The notes under the pieces: generated by a model
Database searches by the model: none
What the model saw: only the letters and a program-made list of their open reading frames with translations
Told to the model about the DNA's origin: nothing
Assembly: GCA_044344725.1 (NCBI GenBank)
Contig: JBIJCL010000001.1
Coordinates: 1-28,973, forward strand
Direction: 5' to 3'
Source of the DNA: Steroidobacteraceae bacterium
GTDB taxonomy: Bacteria; Pseudomonadota; Gammaproteobacteria; Steroidobacterales; Steroidobacteraceae
DNA: 28,973 nucleotides
Made by a program: the position numbers and the translations under genes
In this document: one piece after another, positions 27,105-28,973 of the stretch
Position numbering within the stretch: position 1 is the stretch's first letter
How the letters are laid out: each line of letters starts with the position of its first letter

Positions 27105-28049
27105 ATGTCCCATGCCGTCCCCGAATCCCTTCGCTATCGCTTCCTCGGCATGGATTTCTCCTCGCCCATCGTGCTGCTGTCGGGGTGCGTGGGTTTCGGA
27201 GAGGAATACACACGGGTCGAGGGGTTCTCGAATACCGACTGCGGGGCAGTAGTGCTCAAGGGAACGACGCTCGAGCCGAGGCTCGGCAATCCGCCGCATC
27301 GGGTCTACGAAACCCCGATGGGCATGCTGAACGCGATCGGGCTGCAGAACCCAGGCACGGACCACGTCGTCCGCAATATCCTGCCGACACTCGACTTCAG
27401 CGAGACTCGATTCATCGCGAACGTATCGGGATCGACCATCGAGGAATACGCCGAAGTCACTCGGCGTTTCGACGACTCGCCTATCGACGCCATCGAGATC
27501 AACATCTCGTGCCCGAACGTCAAGGAAGGCGGTGTCGCTTTTGGCAACTATCCGGAGATGTCGGCGCGTGTCGTCGCCGCCTGCCGTGCCGTCACGAAGA
27601 AGCCCATCATCACCAAGCTGTCTCCGAACCAGACGGATATCAAAGAAAACGCCAGACTCTGCATCGAAGCCGGTAGTGACGGACTCTCCGTCATCAACAC
27701 CATCATGGGCATGGCCATCGACGCCAAAACGCGTCGGCCGGTGATCGGCAACGTGCAGGGCGGGCTCTCGGGCCCCGCGATCAAGCCCATCGCTCTACTC
27801 AAGGTCCATCAGGTTTACGATGTCGCCCGCCGTCATGGTGTACCGATCATCGGGCAAGGCGGAATCACGACCGCGACCGATGCGATCGAGTTCATCATCG
27901 CGGGTGCGAGTGCCGTCGGTCTCGGTACTTCGCTGTTCTACGACCCCATGACCTGCAAGAAGATCAATGCGGGCATCGCGAAATATCTCGCGGACAACGG
28001 CATGAGCCACATCACCGACCTCATCGGTTCGCTACGGCTCACTGCCTGA
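27105..28049 (+). CDS. pyrD: Dihydroorotate dehydrogenase, family 1 (1B-type catalytic subunit)
   Basis: 314 aa; LSGCVGFG, KGTTLEPRLGN, GMLNAIGLQNPG, catalytic Cys in INISCPN, KLSPN, INT, GGLSGPAIKP; no N-terminal membrane domain. Confidence 0.93.
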   Translation: MSHAVPESLRYRFLGMDFSSPIVLLSGCVGFGEEYTRVEGFSNTDCGAVVLKGTTLEPRLGNPPHRVYETPMGMLNAIGLQNPGTDHVVRNILPTLDFSETRFIANVSGSTIEEYAEVTRRFDDSPIDAIEINISCPNVKEGGVAFGNYPEMSARVVAACRAVTKKPIITKLSPNQTDIKENARLCIEAGSDGLSVINTIMGMAIDAKTRRPVIGNVQGGLSGPAIKPIALLKVHQVYDVARRHGVPIIGQGGITTATDAIEFIIAGASAVGLGTSLFYDPMTCKKINAGIAKYLADNGMSHITDLIGSLRLTA

Positions 28050-28973
28050 CGATCACACTCCGCGTCGGATAAGCGAAACCGATCCCTTCGGCGGCGAATG
28101 CCGCGTGGATCGCGCGATTCACCTGGTCGTTGATCTGGATGAATCGGAATCGAGCCTGATCCCAGTTCGGAACGAAATACATCACCTCGAAATTGAGCGA
28201 GGAGTCGCCGAACGTCCGGAAAGCGCAGTATTCGAAACGAGTACCTTCGACCGATTCGACGGCGCGCTGGACGATGTCCGAGACGGCGGCGAGCCTCTCC
28301 GGCGGCGTTTCGTAGACGACCCCGAGCTGGAACAACATCCGACGCTCCGGCATCCGACCGAGATTCCGGATTCGGGTCTTCAGTAGATCCGCGTTGGCGA
28401 TGATCACTTGCTCGCCACTGATGCTGCGCAGTCGAGTGCTGCGAACACCGATGAACTCGACGACGCCCTCGATGTCGTCGAACCGCAATAGATCACCCAC
28501 CCGGAACGGTTTGTCGAGGGTGATCGACAGCGAGGCGAGGAGATCGCCGAGTACCGTCTGGACGGCAAGAGCGATCGCGATACCGCCGATACCGAGACCG
28601 GCGACGAGCGCCGTGATGTTGACGCCGAGGTTGTCGAGCGCAAGCAGGACCGCGAGCGCGAAGATCGTCACCCTCGCCACGAAGAGCAGCACACTCATCG
28701 AGCCCGACTGCTTCAGCTCGCCCGCGGCGATCATGCGGTCTTGCCGCTGCTTCAAGGCGAACTCGACGGCGGCAACGCCCCACAGCGCCGCTTGGATCCA
28801 GAACGTCAGGACGATGAGCGCCGTCGACAGACTTTCCACGCGTTGGGGGAGTTCGAGAAAGCGCTCGGCGACATAGAACGCCACGACCGCCAGGAAAAGT
28901 CGGCGGGTACGGGTGATGAGCAGCAGGACGAGGCTGATCCAGATAGGCGTCTCGCGACCCTCCAGTCTGCGCG
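28039..28973 (-). CDS. MscS-family mechanosensitive channel (5' end outside the window)
   Basis: LDNLGVNITALVAGLGIGGIAIALAVQ, LDKPFRVGD, IGVRSTRLRSISGEQVIIAN, GIGFAYPT. The frame stays open upstream of GTG 28884 to the window edge. Confidence 0.93.
   Translation of the reverse strand, partial: RRLEGRETPIWISLVLLLITRTRRLFLAVVAFYVAERFLELPQRVESLSTALIVLTFWIQAALWGVAAVEFALKQRQDRMIAAGELKQSGSMSVLLFVARVTIFALAVLLALDNLGVNITALVAGLGIGGIAIALAVQTVLGDLLASLSITLDKPFRVGDLLRFDDIEGVVEFIGVRSTRLRSISGEQVIIANADLLKTRIRNLGRMPERRMLFQLGVVYETPPERLAAVSDIVQRAVESVEGTRFEYCAFRTFGDSSLNFEVMYFVPNWDQARFRFIQINDQVNRAIHAAFAAEGIGFAYPTRSVIVRQ

Overview
GC-rich core-chromosome window from a Gammaproteobacterium; a Steroidobacteraceae/Xanthomonadales-like lineage is my inference from protein style, not a database result. 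It is very compact, with 36 CDS (two truncated by the window edges). I found no RNA genes, IS elements, CRISPR arrays or prophage. Minus-strand block: atpIBEFHAG plus the first 5 codons of atpD, parB, an inserted multi-pass membrane protein, parA, rsmG, an AcuI/YhdH-type reductase and an MBL-fold hydrolase. Next come a secreted S9 peptidase, a di-heme cytochrome c4, and a plus-strand run dtd-tatABC-POT transporter-OPT transporter-EamA. These are followed by a holin-like protein coupled to an unknown exported protein, MAPEG, envC-ctpA-dedA (minus), rhodanese-grxC-secB-gpsA, trmL, a family-1 pyrD and a partial mscS. The most notable signal is regulatory. Seven housekeeping genes have a TANNNT -10 hexamer 6-8 nt before the ATG and no Shine-Dalgarno, which predicts leaderless mRNAs. 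Four divergent gene pairs appear to share overlapping or interlocked -10 elements. All promoter calls are by-eye predictions and need TSS mapping.
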